Shown in pieces: positions 62,907 to 64,000 of a stretch of DNA of 64,000 bases; within the stretch, counting starts at the first letter, position 1, and each line of letters begins with the position of its first letter. Source of the stretch: Hydrolagus colliei (lineage: Eukaryota); contig CM068756.1 in assembly GCA_035084275.1 (NCBI GenBank), positions 14,136,001 through 14,200,000 on the forward strand, in the 5' to 3' direction. The position numbers and the translations under genes were made by a program. Under the pieces are notes generated by a model that ran no database searches, was not told the origin of the DNA, and worked only from the letters and a program-made list of their open reading frames with translations.

Positions 62907-63540
62907 TAAGAACATAAGAATTCGGAGCAGGAGTAGGCCATTCAGCCCCTCGAGCCTGCCCCGCCATTCAATAAGATCATGGCTGATCTATTCTACTCCA
63001 CCGCCTTATCCCCATATTCCTTGACCCTTTTATCCACAAGAAATCTATCAATCTCAGGCTTGAATATGTTCAATGTGTGAGCATCTGCAGCTCTGTGGAG
63101 TAGAGAATTTGATAAATTCACTACCCTCTGAGTGAAAAAGATTTTTCTCAACTTAGTGCGAAAGGGCCAACCCCTAATTTTAAGAGTGTGACTCCTGGTT
63201 ATAATTTCTCCAACCAGGGGAATAAGTCTCCCACTATCTATTCTGTTGTGCCCCTTAATAATCTTATAGTTTTCTGTAAGATCACCTCTCATTCTTCTAT
63301 ATTCTTGCATATAGGGCTAGATTGCTCAACCTATCCTCATAGCTAATCCCCCTCATCCCAGGTACCAATCTAATGAATCTACGTTGCACTCCCTGCGAGG
63401 CGAGCATATCCTTTCTTAAATGAGTCCAGAACTGCACACAATATTCTAGGTGTGGTCTCACCAGGGCCCTATACAGTTGCAGCAAGACTTGCCTACGTTT
63501 ATATTTTAACCGTTTTCTAACAAATGCTAACATAAGCTTG
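62907..63540 (-). mobile_element. CR1 LINE 3' fragment, copy-2 specific
   Basis: aacataagaa tail, ORFs [15 protein letters not shown] and FFTQRVVN. Absent at about 43385. Confidence 0.88.
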
Positions 63541-64000
63541 GCATAAGATTCCTCAGCACTTTTTCCACCAGCAACCGGAATGGTTGGAATATAGAACTTC
63601 TTTCAAGAAGAACGGCCTCGAGAATGCCACGAAGTCACTGGGCAAACAAAGGGACCAAGTAGATGCCCAGTTCATCAAAACAGAGATTTAAAGATAGCAT
63701 CTCACTGCATATAGACTCCGAATCTACATGCAACTCCAATATTCTTAGTCAGTCAATGGGAATTGAATTATTCAGTTGTGATCTATCCTTGCCACCAATT
63801 TATTATTATTATTAAGCTCCTCTTGGATAAAATCATCCATTCAGGGGAGAACAATGTTTGTTGCCCTCCTCAAACCAAACAGAAGGGATAGAGTAACAAT
63901 AACATCACTGAGCAGGAGTAGGTTATTATTGTAACATATAACTCTAAATGACCTAGATTTACAGACCCAATTCAATTTGCAGGTGACATCACTTGATAGA

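Larger units (their letters stand above)
47644..64000. repeat. Copy 2 of tandem segmental duplication (contains gene 4; runs off the window)
   Basis: As above, with copy-specific TE insertions at 57301-62580 and 62907-63540. Confidence 0.9.

Noticed and set aside
1-64000. CRISPR arrays, rRNA, prokaryotic operons
   Set aside because: Sequence is eukaryotic and intron-containing; no regularly spaced repeat-spacer array or rRNA-like sequence was seen.

Overview
Vertebrate genomic DNA, most likely a cartilaginous fish (inferred from shark/chimaera-type L2, CR1, Penelope and Deu-domain tRNA-SINE repeats). The window holds a cluster of four intron-containing immunoglobulin-superfamily receptor genes that the ORF track only shows in fragments. 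All four share the layout leader / germline-joined V-J-type domain / one C1-set domain / TM / cytoplasmic exons. Gene 1 is on + (3178 to about 13.3 kb). Genes 2, 3 and 4 are on - (ATG at 29616, 41771 and 56126). Genes 3 and 4 are the two copies of a ~16 kb tandem duplication. Each can be spliced by hand into an intact 375-aa inhibitory receptor with a SIRP-alpha-like four-tyrosine tail (VAYVxL, TVYAQ, LTYADL, SEYAEV). Genes 1 and 2 have intact ecto/TM exons, but their ITIM exons appear broken by a stop codon or small indels. The rest is retroelement-rich DNA: many L2 and SINE copies, CR1 3' ends, a Penelope RT fragment, two Penelope-type palindromes with hammerhead-like cores, a hAT MITE with an 8-bp TSD, and an L2-in-Gypsy-in-CR1 nest just upstream of gene 4. 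Gene models come from manual splice-site and phase reading only, with no transcript or database evidence.
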